64,000 nt of DNA. Source: Macrostomum lignano. Its lineage: Eukaryota. This document shows, in pieces, positions 34,943 through 47,511 of this stretch (its first letter is position 1; the number at the start of each line of letters is the position of its first letter). The notes under the pieces are model-generated. The model saw nothing but the letters and a program-made list of their open reading frames with translations, was not told the DNA's origin and searched no databases. A program made the translations under genes and the position numbers. The stretch covers positions 186,001-250,000 of the forward strand of contig NIVC01001380.1 in assembly GCA_002269645.1 (NCBI GenBank). The letters run 5' to 3'.

Positions 34943-37393
34943 GTTAGACAGGATAGTGTCACGTTAGATAGGATAGTGTCACCTGTTAGACAGGATAGTG
35001 TCACCTGTTAGACAGGATAGTGTCACCTGTTAGACAGAGGATAGTGTCACCTGTTAGATAGAGGATAGTGTCACCTGTTAGACAGAGGATAGTGTCACCT
35101 GTTAGACAGAGGATAGTGTCACCTGTTAGACAGAGGATAGTGTCACCTGTTAGACAGAGGATAGTGTCACCTGTTAGACAGAGGATAGTGTCACGTTAGA
35201 TAGGATAGTGTCACCTGTTAGACAGGATAGTGTCACCTGTTAGACAGGATAGTGTCACCTGTTAGACAGAGGATAGTGTCACCTGTTAGATAGAGGATAG
35301 TGTCACCTGTTAGACAGAGGATAGTGTCACCTGTTAGACAGAGGATAGTGTCACCTGTTAGACAGAGGATAGTGTCACCTGTTAGACAGGATAGTTTCAC
35401 CTGTTAGACAGAGGATAGTGTCACCTGTTAGACAGGATAGTGTCACCTGTTAGACAGATGATAGTGTCACCTGTTAGACAGAGGATAGTGTCACCTGTTA
35501 GACAGAGGATAGTGTCACCTGTTAGATAGAGGATAGTGTCACCTGTTAGACAGAGGATAGTGTCACCTGTTAGACAGAGGATAGTGTCACCTGTTAGACA
35601 GAGGATAGTGTCACCTGTTAGATAGAGGGTAGTGTCACCTGTTAGACAGAGGATAGTGTCACCTGTTAGACAGAGGATAGTGTCACCTGTTAGACAGAGG
35701 ATAGTGTCACCTGTTAGACAGAGGATAGTGTCACCTGTTAGACAGAGGATAGTGTCACCTGTTAGATAGAGGATAGTGTCACCTGTTAGATAGAGGATAG
35801 TGTCACCTGTTAGACAGAGGATAGTGTCACCTGTTAGACAGAGGATAGTGTCACCTGTTAGACAGAGGATAGTGTCACCTGTTAGACAGAGGATAGTGTC
35901 ACCTGTTAGACAGAGGATAGTGTCACCTGTTAGACAGAGGATAGTGTCACCTGTTAGACAGGATAGTTTCACCTGTTAGACAGAGGATAGTGTCACCTGT
36001 TAGACAGGATAGTGTCACCTGTTAGACAGATGATAGTGTCACCTGTTAGACAGAGGATAGTGTCACCTGTTAGACAGAGGATAGTGTCACCTGTTAGATA
36101 GAGGATAGTGTCACCTGTTAGACAGAGGATAGTGTCACCTGTTAGACAGAGGATAGTGTCACCTGTTAGACAGAGGATAGTGTCACCTGTTAGATAGAGG
36201 GTAGTGTCACCTGTTAGACAGAGGATAGTGTCACCTGTTAGACAGAGGATAGTGTCACCTGTTAGACAGAGGATAGTGTCACCTGTTAGACAGAGGATAG
36301 TGTCACCTGTTAGACAGAGGATAGTGTCACCTGTTAGATAGAGGATAGTGTCACCTGTTAGATAGAGGATAGTGTCACCTGTTAGACAGAGGATAGTGTC
36401 ACCTGTTAGACAGAGGATAGTGTCACCTGTTAGACAGAGGATAGTGTCACCTGTTAGACAGAGGATAGTGTCACCTCTTAGACACCTGTTAGACAGGAGT
36501 GTCACCTGTTGGACAGGATAGTGTCACCTGTTGGACAGGAGTGTTACCTGTTAGACAGAGGATAGTGTCACCTGTTGGACAGGATAGTGTAACCTGTTAG
36601 ACAGGATAGTGTCACCTGTTGGACAGAATAGTGTCACCTGTTGGACAGGAGTGTCACCTGTTGGACAGGAGTGTCACTTGTTGGACAGGAGTGTCACCTG
36701 TTAGACAGGAGTGTCACCTGTTAGACAGGAGTGTCACCTGTTAGACAGGAGTGTCACCTGTTGGACAGGATAGTGTCACCTGTTGGACAGGATAGTGTCA
36801 CCTGTTAGACAGAGGATAGTGTCACCTGTTGGACAGGATAGTGTCACCTGTTGGACAGGATAGTGTCACCTGTTAGACAGAGGATAGTGTCACCTGTTAG
36901 ACAGAGGATAGTGTCACCTGTTAGACACCTGTTAGACAGGAGTGTCACCTGTTGGACAGGATAGTGTCACCTGTTAGACAGAGGATAGTGTCACCTGTTA
37001 GACAGAGGATAGTGTCACCTGTTAGACAGAGGATAGTGTCACCTGTTAGACACCTGTTAGACAGGAGTGTCACCTGTTGGACAGGATAGTGTCACCTGTT
37101 GGACAGGAGTGTTACCTGTTAGACAGAGGATAGTGTCACCTGTTAGACACCTGTTAGACAGAGGATAGTGTCACCTGTTAGACACCTGTTAGACAGGAGT
37201 GTCACCTGTTGGACAGGAGTGTTACCTGTTAGACAGAGGATAGTGTCACCTGTTGGACAGGAGTGTCACCTGTTAGACAGGACAGTGTCATCTGATAGAC
37301 GGGACAGTGTCACCTGTTAGATAGAGTATAGTGTCACCTGTTAGATAGAGGATAGTGTCACCTGTTAGACAGGAGTGTCACCTGTTAGACAGT
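34943..37393 (-). repeat. 22-24-bp minisatellite (GGATAGTGTCACCTGTTAGACAGA), ~2.4 kb
   Basis: About 100 units, with a 572-bp higher-order duplication. Confidence 0.97.
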
Positions 37394-37784
37394 GTTCAGT
37401 ATAGCTGGGATCTAGTTAAAGAATATATGTAACAAATATAATTACGAGCGTATGATAGATGGCGTAGCTGGGCGCAGAGTTGCGAGTGTTGGCAAGTAGA
37501 GGCAAATAAATTAAACTCTCAGAGCTTGGGAAACCGGGGGCCCTGGCAGAGTGAGTTCACTCAAGAATCGCGCATAAAATGTTGGAGTTCAAGTGGCAAC
37601 CGCGAGTCAGCCGGCTGCATGGGATCACTCCACAGCTGGCGGCACCCTCCCATGCCTTCCCAGCATCACAAATTATAGTTTTCTCCTCAGCCAGTTTCAG
37701 GTCCTCACGGGCGGTTCTATCGAATGAAGAAGTTCACTTTGGGTGAGGTGAATTGGCTGCATAGTGAGTACTGCTGCGGGATCC

Positions 37785-37800
37785 AGTTGCCATGGCAACT
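37785..37800. promoter_or_regulatory. Perfect palindromic RFX X-box (AGTTGCCATGGCAACT)
   Basis: GTTGCCATGGCAAC at 37786-37799 matches the X-box consensus exactly and lies in unique sequence. Target gene unknown. Confidence 0.55.
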
Positions 37801-38534
37801 ATGAGAATGTGAAGAAAGAATTCAGTGCACCTGGATAGTAGTTTAGAATAAAGTTTTATTATATTAATGCTTTTGGCTTAGAGGCATGCTTTAAAATAGT
37901 ATAGTGAATAGACTAGCAATCCATATAGTATAGTGAATAGACTAGCAATCCATTACTTAGCAAAGAAATTAACGCATCCCAGAGGGCGCTGTCGCCACAA
38001 GCTCAGCAGGGAATCCTTTGCTCCTTTATTCTCCATCCGGGGAATCTCTGGGCCTCCTACTGCCGCCTTTGTCTCCCAGAAGCCATCGCAATGTCAACAG
38101 AACAAAATTGCTAGAAAACTGTACAAAGGAAACTCAGCTGGGAGAAAATAGCAAAAGAGGGATGCTGAAGCTTCATGCCACATCTCTCCTACCCATTCTG
38201 AATTTTTCAAAGAATCCCAACTTCTAGAAAACCTTTTAAAAGACAAAGGAAAGGAATGGAAGTAAAGATTTTTAGGCAGCTATAACAGCCCATTCTTTTC
38301 TTCTCTATACTTTATACCTGCAAGGAAAAGTGTAAACGTGAAAAAGCACATAAAAGAAGCAATTAAGTTTGCGTGCAGAGGGACAGCCAATTACAAACGG
38401 ATCTACATTGACTGAGAAAGTCTTGTTGAAGCAGAAATTTCATCTCTTCTTATAGGATTTTTAAATTGTCAAAATTGATTTGATTGCGTGCAAAAGTTCG
38501 GTTAGAACTTTAAATTTAAATAGTCATTTCTCAA

Positions 38535-38852
38535 GTTAGACAGCAGTTTTCCCAGTTAGATAGTAGCTTCCTCAGTTAGATAGTAGCTTTCCCAGTTAGA
38601 TAGTAGCTTCCCCAGTTAGACAACAGCTTCCCCAGTTAGATAGTAGCTTCCCCAGTTAGACAACAGCTTCCCCAGTTAGATAGTAGCTTCCCCAGTTAGA
38701 TAGTAGCTTCCCCAGTTAGACAACAGCTTCCCCAGTTAGATAGTAGCTTCCCCAGTTAGATAGTAGCTTCCCCAGTTAGACAACAGCTTCCCCAGTTAGA
38801 TAGCAGCTTCCCCAGTTAGATAGCAGCTTCCCAGTTAGACAGCAGCTTCCAA
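38535..38852. repeat. 21-bp minisatellite (CCCAGTTAGATAGTAGCTTCC)
   Basis: Tandem units. Confidence 0.9.
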
Positions 38853-39074
38853 AGCTGGATTAAAAGAGCCCAAAGTGTCCAACCGCAGTTTAAAAAAGTA
38901 CAGCCAAGAATCTCAGCAGCTCATTAGCGGTGTTTCGTGCTGTCGAAAAGCAACCCCAATTAAGTTGCGTGGCCCACCTTGAGACAGTTTCGAAGTTGGC
39001 ACTCGAATTGAATTTCAAGTTTCAAGTTTCAAAATCCGTGTCACGCAAAAAAGACTGACCTGAAAATAACGCAC

Positions 39075-39620
39075 TGCAACACAGTTCAAAATGGCAATCC
39101 ACGCAAACAGTTCGAAATGGCACTTCACACACACAGTTCAAAATGGCACTCAACACACACAGTTCAAAATGGCACTCTACACACACATTTCAAAATGGCA
39201 CTCTACACACACATTTCAAAATGGCACTCCACACACATTTCAAAATGGGACACCACACACACATTTCAAAATGGCACTCCACACACACATTTCAAAATGG
39301 CACTTCACACACACATTTCAAAATGGCACTCCACACACATTTCAAAATGGCACTCCACACACACATTTCAAAATGGCACTCCACACACATTTCAAAATGG
39401 CACTCCACACACATTTCAAAATGGCACTCCACACACACATTTCAAAATGGCACTCCACACACATTTCAAAATGGCACTCCACACACACAGTTCAAAATGG
39501 CAATCCACACACACAGTTCAAAATGGCAATCCACGCACACAGTTCAAAATGGCACTCCACACACACACGCAGTTCAAAATGGCACTCCACACACACACGC
39601 AGTTCAAAATGGCACACACA
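39075..39620. repeat. 23-27-bp minisatellite (CACACATTTCAAAATGGCACTC)
   Basis: Tandem units with a variable CA run. Confidence 0.9.
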
Positions 39621-40989
39621 GGTCGATCAAATGAAAGTACTTTTATGCTGATGAACAATGTTTCTAAGAAAGTGAGAATTCCATATCAAAACTTCTACCA
39701 GAATTAAAAATGTCAATCAAGCAGACAAAATATTCAATTCGAAAAGAACGCTTTGAACTCTGAATTTCAGAGAGATGAGATGAAGAGATATGAGCCACTA
39801 TTACAGCTGATTCTTGCAATTGGATAAACAAGAGTAGCAATGGGCTAGAGGGGAATTTTTGCTGCATGAGCTGCAGCATTGCATATACTATAGTAGTGAT
39901 TGACAGTTTTTCAAATTCAACAATACCCTGGAAACGCTAAGCGTATTATGTGAGCCTCATATACACCGTATAACAATTGAGACTATGCAGCGCACACGTT
40001 TGCCAATATTTTTTCAAGTGGGATAGGAAGAGACCCCCAGCTATATAGGGGATATGGAGGAGACGTACCGGCAGTTGCGGAGACTGCACGTGCCCTTCAC
40101 CCTTAATTCTGTGCGAGATGCGCTGCGCGGGCAACTGCAAATTGAGTTCTGAGCAGCTCTGAAGAGTGTTGAGACAGACAGGCAAAGTGAAGGATTGCTG
40201 CGATGCCTGACCTGTGGAAGCAAGGGAGACACTCCAGTTTTATGCAGGAGCAGATGATGCTGCCCTCAGCCAACCGCGATGGCAACCAATCAGATGTTTT
40301 GAGTCGAAAAAGTTGTTTAAAACACTTTCGACGATAAAATAACATGTATCTCTAGCACCTGTTGCTTAGTACTAATAGTAGTTAAAATGAACATGAATAA
40401 TATTAGCGAGTAAAAGCGACTTTTGTCTGCCTGTCTTTCTTAATGTCTGCTTGATATTTTGTGCTGTCTGTTTTCAGTGTCTGCCTGTCGCCCTTAGTGT
40501 CTATTAATCTTTCTAGTCTGTCTGTCGTCCTTATAGTGTCGGTCCGTCGCCCTTAGTGTCTGCCTGTCTTTCTTGTGTTTGCATGTCTGTTTGTCTGTCT
40601 TTATTAGCGTCTATCGTTTTTTCTGTCTATCTTTCTATTCAATATATCTTAGCAGTCTGTCCTAGTCGTGTTTCTCTATCTTACGTACATGTATGTCTTT
40701 CCCCAGCTTCTCTCGCAGATCCGCGGACACTTCTGCTCCATTTTTTATTCAATGTTTACCGCTGAGCTGAGGACAGAAAAGACAGGACCGATTTCCAGTT
40801 TACCACATGTGATGTTGATAATGGCAGATGGCCGAAATTTCCATTTATTAGCTCGTTTTATTAATGTATGTACTAATATAGCGCAAGAAATATGCGAACT
40901 TAATTAAATTATAAATTTAATTAAACGGGCAATCAGCAAAGCATTATTTTCATTTTCTAACCAATGCTTTGCTTGTCTGGGAGTTCTGC

Positions 40990-41385
40990 TCTGTCTCAGT
41001 GTCTGCAAGTCTGTCGGTCTGTCTCAGTGTCTGCAAGTCTGTCGGTCTGTCTCAGTGTCTGCAAGTCTGTCGGTCTGTCTCAGTGTCTGCAAGTCTGTCG
41101 GTCTGTCTCAGTGTCTGCAAGTCTGTCAGTCTGTCTCAGTGTCTGCAAGTCTGTCGGTCTGTCTCAGTGTCTGCAAGTCTGTCGGTCTGTCTCAGTGTCT
41201 GCAAGTCTGTCGGTCTGTCTCAGTGTCTGCAAGTCTGTCAGTCTGTCTCAGTGTCTGCAAGTCTGTCGGTCTGTCTCAGTGTCTGCAAGTCTGTCGGTCT
41301 GTCTCAGTGTCTGCAAGTCTGTCGGTCTGTCTCAGTGTCTGCAAGTCTGTCGGTCTGTCTCAGTGTCTGCAAGTCTGTCGGTCTG
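40990..41385. repeat. 28-bp minisatellite (GTCTGTCGGTCTGTCTCAGTGTCTGCAA)
   Basis: About 14 tandem units. Confidence 0.93.
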
Positions 41386-42081
41386 TTCTGTCTCTCTGTC
41401 TGTCTGTCTGTCTGTCTGTCAATCAGGCTAGTTTATCTCACAGACGGCAAGCAACACAAGAAAAGAAGGTGTAAACAACAGACTCACACTAGATTAGACA
41501 CATTTTGCATTTAAAATTTAAAAGAAAGATGTCAAATTCTACTCGCTAGAAATATTTTAACCTATTTAATCATCAAATTTATTTACCAGCATCCATTCGT
41601 TATAATTAATTTGTCTAATAATACACAAAATATAATTAGTTTGTACCGTTTGCTAAACTAAAAACTAAAAACATAGGGACGAGAATAGCTGGAGACCAGT
41701 GTCTGATAGCCAAACTGTTTTTCTATTTTAGAGCCAAAAAGTAGTTTACGAGCCACTCAGATAGTAAAACACACACGGATTTTGCTAATCTAACAAAATA
41801 TAAGACTGGTGCGCGCAAGCAAATTACTAACAGTAGTAAATAGTTAGTATTAGAATTTAGCAATCCAACAGTGAGCAGAAAATAAGGGAGATGCACAGAT
41901 TCGACTCATTTTCATTCGGTATGCTCTAGCGCTGTTATTTAAATTCGTTAAATAATTTAGCTAACTTTATTAATTTTTTAATAACGACACGTGACCACGG
42001 CAAGCTTTTTTAAGAGTGTGTCGTATTACTTACAGTAGTCATAAATTTTTAAAGCACGTAAAGTACTCAGTTTCACCACGG

Positions 42082-43075
42082 GCCCAGGTAAGACAATATT
42101 ATAACAGAATTCCTACCTGTTACACCTGGGCCCAGGTAAGACAATAATCTAACAGAAGACCTATCTGTTACACCTGGCCCAGGTAAGATAGTAATCTAAC
42201 AGAAGTCACATCTGTTACGCCTGGGCCAGGTAAGATATTAATCTAACAGAAGTCCTATCTGTTACACATGGCCCAGGTAAGATAGTAATCTAACAGAAGT
42301 CACACCTGTTACACCTGGCCCAGGTAAGATAGTAATCTAACAGAAGTCCTATCTGTTACACATGGCCCAGGTAAGATAATAATCTAACAGAAGTCACACC
42401 TGTTACACCTGGGCCCAGGTAAGATAATAATCTAACAGAAGTCCTATCTGTTACACCTGGGCCCAGGTAAGATAATAATCTAACAGAAGTCCTATCTGTT
42501 ACACCTGGGCCCAGGTAAGATAATAATCTAACAGAAGTCCTATCTGTTACACATGGCCCAGGTAAGATAATAATCTAGCAGAAGTCACACCTGTTACACC
42601 TGGGCCCAGGTAAGATAATAATCTAACAGAAGTCCTATCTGTTACACATGGCCCAGGTAAGATAATAGTCTAACAGAAGTCCTATCTGTTACACATGGCC
42701 CAGGTAAGATAATAATCTAACAGAAGTCCTATCTGTTACACATGGCCCAGGTAAGATAATAATCTAACAGAAGTCCTATCTGTTACACATGGCCCAGGTA
42801 AGATAATAATCTAACAGAAGTCCTATCTGTTACACATGGCCCAGGTAAGATAATAATCTAACAGAAGTCCTATCTGTTACACATGGCCCAGGTAAGATAA
42901 TAATCTAACAGAAGTCCTATCTGTTACACATGGCCCAGGTAAGATAATAATCTAACAGAAGTCCTATCTGTTACACATGGCCCAGGTAAGATAATAATCT
43001 AACAGAAGTCCTATCTGTTACACCTGGGCCCAGGTAAGATAATAATCTAGCAGAAGTCACACATGTTACACCTGG
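42082..43075 (+). repeat. 47-48-bp minisatellite (~21 copies), each unit carrying splice-signal motifs
   Basis: Unit GTAAGATAATAATCTAACAG + AAGTCCTATCTGTTACACATGGCCCAG. Confidence 0.95.
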
Positions 43076-43222
43076 CGGCTACACCTGTGCACAGTCTGGA
43101 GAAAGATCTAAGAATTAATCTACCTTTTTTAGAGTGAAAGCTACTATGAACAACGCTTATATACGTGGAAAAAGTTGATAAATCTATAAGTTTATGGTAA
43201 CTATAAATATATATATAGTAGA

Positions 43223-43352
43223 CTACAGCAACATGTTGTACGGGTCCTCCAGACAGGCCTTGAATTCGGCCAGCCATTTGGCTCCAACCGCGCCGTCAAC
43301 CACGCGATGATCGCTGCATAGGGTGGCCCGCATCACTGTGCTGGTGGCGTAG
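43223..43352 (-). CDS. DLAT: DLAT (pyruvate dehydrogenase E2), last exon
   Basis: ATTCCAG|C acceptor; VMRATLCSDHRVVDGAVGAKWLAEFKACLEDPYNMLL* contains the catalytic DHRxxDG motif. Confidence 0.95.
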
Positions 43353-43464
43353 CTGGAATCAATTAAATAAGCCAAATCTGGTGATGAGCTGCATTTATTG
43401 AGTAAACCAGAGTTATTCACGAGATCACGAGATCAGCTTTCTCAAAGTTTCAGATGTTTGAGTA

Positions 43465-44305
43465 AGCGTAAGCGCTACTTAAAATCTGCATATCATTCAG
43501 TAAGCGCTACTTAAAATCTGCATATCATTCAGTAAGCGCTACTTAAAATCTGCATATCATTCAGTAAGCGCTACTTAAAATCTGCATATCATTCAGTAAG
43601 CGCTACTTTTAGGCTTCATGCCATTCAGTAAGCGCTACTTTTAGGCTTCATGCCATTCAGTAAGCGCTACTTTTAGGCTTCATGCCATTCAGTAAGCGCT
43701 ACTTTTAGGCCTCATGTCATTCAGTAAGCGCTACTTTTAGGCTTCATGCCATTCAGTAAGCGCTACTTTTAGGCTTCATGCCATTCAGTAAGCGCTACTT
43801 TTAGGCCTCATGTCATTCAGTAAGCGCTACTTTTAGGCTTCATGCCATTCAGTAAGCGCTACTTTTAGGCCTCATGTCATTCAGTAAGCGCTACTTTTAG
43901 GCCTCATGTCATTCAGTAAGCGCTACTTTTAGGCTTCATGTCATTCAGTAAGCGCTACTTTTAGGCCTCATGTCATTCAGTAAGCGCTACTTTTAGGCTT
44001 CATGCCATTCAGTAAGCGCTACTTTTAGGCCTCATGTCATTCAGTAAGCGCTACTTTTAGGCTTCATGTCATTCAGTAAGCGCTACTTTTAGGCTTCATG
44101 TCATTCAGTAAGCGCTACTTTTAGGCTTCATGTCATTCAGTAAGCGCTACTTTTAGGCTTCATGCCATTCAGTAAGCGCTACTTTTAGGCCTCATGTCAT
44201 TCAGTAAGCGCTACTTTTAGGCTTCATGCCATTCAGTAAGCGCTACTTTTAGGCCTCATGTCATTCAGTAAGCGCTACTTTTAGGCTTCATGTCATTCAG
44301 TAAGC
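43465..44305. repeat. 32-bp minisatellite (TCAGTAAGCGCTACTTTTAGGCTTCATGTCAT)
   Basis: Fills a DLAT intron. Confidence 0.95.
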
Positions 44306-44340
44306 ACCTCGATTCCTCAGTATCAGTGAAGGTTACTCAC

Positions 44341-44573
44341 CCCTCTTTTTCGCCCTCCTTGGCAGCAGGCGCTGGCACAAGAATCTTCTGAGCGCCACCT
44401 ACAGCCAGGATGCAGGCCTGCGGCGGGTTAATGATGGCTGAGAATGACTCAATGCCGAACATTCCCAAGTTGGAGATGGTGAATGTGCCGCCTTGGAACT
44501 CCTGCGGTTTCAGCTTGTTGGCGCGGGCCTTTTCGGCCAGACGAACAACATCGGAGTTGATGCCGACGAGGCC
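44341..44573 (-). CDS. DLAT: DLAT exon, catalytic domain
   Basis: TCCTCAG| acceptor; [45 protein letters not shown]; donor GG|GTGAGT. Confidence 0.96.
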
Positions 44574-44657
44574 CTGAGGATTAGGATGGTCAGCGGGTAT
44601 GACTTCGTTAATATCAGACATCTCACCTTCACCTGGTAACTGCAATATAGAAAAGTG

Positions 44658-45623
44658 GATCTGTGACAGAAATGCTTCAGATCTGTGACAGAAATCTTTC
44701 AGATCTGTGACAGAAATGCTTCAAATCTGTGACAGAAATCCTTCAAAATCTGTGACAGAAATCATTCAGATCTGTGACACATCCTTCAAGATCTGTGACA
44801 GAAATCTTTCAGATCTGTGACAGAAATCTTTCAGATCTGTGACAGAAATCTTTCAGATCTGTGACAGAAATCTTTCAGATCTGTGACAGAAATCTTTCAG
44901 ATCTGTGACAGAAATGCTTCAAATCTGTGACAGAAATCCTTCAAGATCTGGGACAGAAATCATTCAGATCTGTGACACATCCTTCAAGATCTGTGACAGA
45001 AATCTTTCAGATCTGTGACAGAAATCTTTCAGATCTGTGACAGAAATCTTTCAGATCTGTGACAGAAATGCTTCAAATCTGTGACAGAAATCCTTCAAAT
45101 CTGTGACAGAAATCTTTCAGTTCTGTGACAGAAATCTTTCAGATCTGTGACAGAAATGCTTCAGATCTGTGACAGAAATCCTTCAAATCTGTGACAGAAA
45201 TCATTCAGATCTGTGACAGAAATCCCTCAAGATCTGTGACAGAAATCATTCAGATCTGTGACAGAAACCCTTCAGATCTGTGACAGAAATCTTTCAGATC
45301 TGTGACAGAAATCCTTCAGATCTGTGACACATCCTTCAAGATCTGTGACAGAAATCTTTTAGATCTGACAGAAATCCTTTAAGATCTGTGACAGAAATCC
45401 TTCAAGATCTGTGACAGAAATCCTTCAAGATCTGTGACAGAAATCCTTCAAGATCTGTGACAGAAATCCTTCAAGATCTGTGACAGAAATCCTTCAAGAT
45501 CTGTGACAGAAATCCTTCAGAACTGTGACAGAAATCCTTCAAGATCTGTGACAGAAATCCTTCAGATCTGTGACAGAAATCATTCAGAACTGTGACAGAA
45601 ATCTTTCAGATCTGTGACAGAAA
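44658..45623. repeat. 22-bp minisatellite (TCAGATCTGTGACAGAAATCTT)
   Basis: Fills a DLAT intron. Confidence 0.95.
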
Positions 45624-45776
45624 GCCTGTTATAACTTTGACAGAAAACCCTGTTGAACTGTGGCAAAGCCGCAAAAAGCATGGATGAAAAAAGACACACA
45701 AAATGAGGTAAATCATACTACTACTGTAAGCAGTATTATTTGGATATACACATAAATAAGTTAAAACATTTCCCAC

Positions 45777-46022
45777 CTTAGCATCTGCGCTAAACACGAT
45801 AGGCGTAATCAAGCCATTGTCGGTAGCCACAGCCACCGAGATGTCGGCCCTGCTGTACTGCCTAATATAAGTATCATACCAAGCGCTGTTACACTCCGGC
45901 ACCCGGCCCAGGGCTACAGCTGTGGCTTTGATTACGAAATCGTTCACGGACAGTTTCACGCCACGACCAGCCAGCTGTTTGTTGAGCTCCGAACGTACGC
46001 GAAGTACTTTGTCCATTGATAT
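45777..46022 (-). CDS. DLAT: DLAT exon, catalytic domain
   Basis: CTCGCAG| acceptor; [41 protein letters not shown]; donor AAG|GTGGGA; 246 nt. Confidence 0.96.
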
Positions 46023-46104
46023 CTGCGAGTAAGGTAAGCGACAGTTTGGTATGCAGAAGAACACGGGATTCGAACTCAGGACCTTTGTTAAGAGGATTCT
46101 CAAG

Positions 46105-46555
46105 AGTGACAGGGCGATTCTCAAAGGAGTGACAGGGCGATTCTTAAAGGAGTGACGGGACGATTCTCAAAGGAGTGACGGGACGATTCGCAAAGGAGTG
46201 ACGGGGCGATTCTCAAAGGAGTGACAGGGCGATTCTTAAAGGAGTGACAGGGCAATTCTTAAAGGAGTGACGGGGCGATTCTTAAAAGAGTGACAGGGCG
46301 ATTCTTAAAGGAGTGACAGGGCAATTCTTAAAGGAGTGACAGGGCGATTCTTAAAGGAGTGACAGGGCAATTCTTAAAGGAGTGACGGGGCGATTCTTAA
46401 AAGAGTGACGGGGTGATTCTTAAAGGAGTGACGGGGCGATTCTTAAGAGTGACAGGGCGATTCTTAAAGGAGTGACAGGGCAATTCTTAAAGGAGTGACG
46501 GGGCGATTCTTAAAAGAGTGACAGGGCGATTCTTAAAAGAGTGACAGGGCGATTT
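46105..46555. repeat. 23-bp minisatellite (GGCGATTCTTAAAGGAGTGACAG)
   Basis: DLAT intron; same family as 47512-48478. Confidence 0.93.
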
Positions 46556-46714
46556 CCATGGATTGTTCATAGTATATAATTTTAAAGGAGAAACATTAGA
46601 ACAGAATTATTTCCTTATAAGTAGATAAACGAATAAAAATAATATCTATAATTTAGCTACTTGCATTTCTACTATCAGTAGTATTATAAGTTTGCAAAAA
46701 TCACACTGGCTCAC

Positions 46715-47409
46715 CTGTACAGTCAGATAATAGTGAGGAATAGACTGCTTAGACTGGGTTAGTCTCTTAGCAATGGTGGATCGCATGCTAGACAGAGGCA
46801 GGTCAACATAGTCAGCACCTGGTGGCACAGTAGCAGCCTTGCCCGGAGCAGCATCAGCAGCCTTACTGACGCCAGTAGCGGCAGCATTGAGCACATCAGC
46901 TGATACAATCCTGCCATCAGCACCCGAAGCTGTGCCAACGCTAGCCAAATCAACACTTTTCTCTTTGGCTATTAATTTAGCATATGGCGAGGCTTTGATA
47001 CGATCCGAGCTACTGACTGGAACAGCGGCGGCGGGAGCGGATGCTGGGGCGGAAGAAGCCGCCGGGGCGGATTGAGCAGGTGCTGGCGGCGGAGTTGACG
47101 CCGGAGCAGCTCCGCCAAGTTCGGCAGCCGTAACCGAGGCAAACTTAGACGCGTCAGATTCATTTTCGGCAAGAACGCAGAGCACTGAGCCTAGAGGTAT
47201 GTTTTTAGCTCCGCCAGGTACAAATATCTTAGCTAGGTAGCCTTCCTCGCTAGCCTCAAAACCCATTGTGGCTTTGTCTGTCTCAATTTCTGCTAATAAA
47301 TCGCCTTCCTTAACGTAATCGCCTTCTTTCTTCTCCCAGGAGACAATTGTGCCCATTTCCATGGTTGGCGACAGAGCTGGCAGGGTGATGGCCTTGTGAG
47401 GCGGCAGGT
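46715..47409 (-). CDS. DLAT: DLAT exon: lipoyl domain 2, linker, E3/E1-binding domain, start of catalytic domain
   Basis: CCCGCAG|AC acceptor; LPALSPTMEMGTI..EIETDKATMGFE..KASPYAK..IPHYYLTVQ; donor CAG|GTGAGC. Confidence 0.96.
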
Positions 47410-47511
47410 CTGCGGGAAGAGGGGGCCGAGAGTCCCAATGCTAAATAGTATGAGTACATTCAAATCAAAGGTTATTTTTAAACACAACATTAAGCATTTA
47501 AATATATGATA

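Noticed and set aside
39946-40345. Overlapping Cys-containing minus-strand ORFs with splice-like ends
   Set aside because: No frame is recognisable and no partner exons were found.
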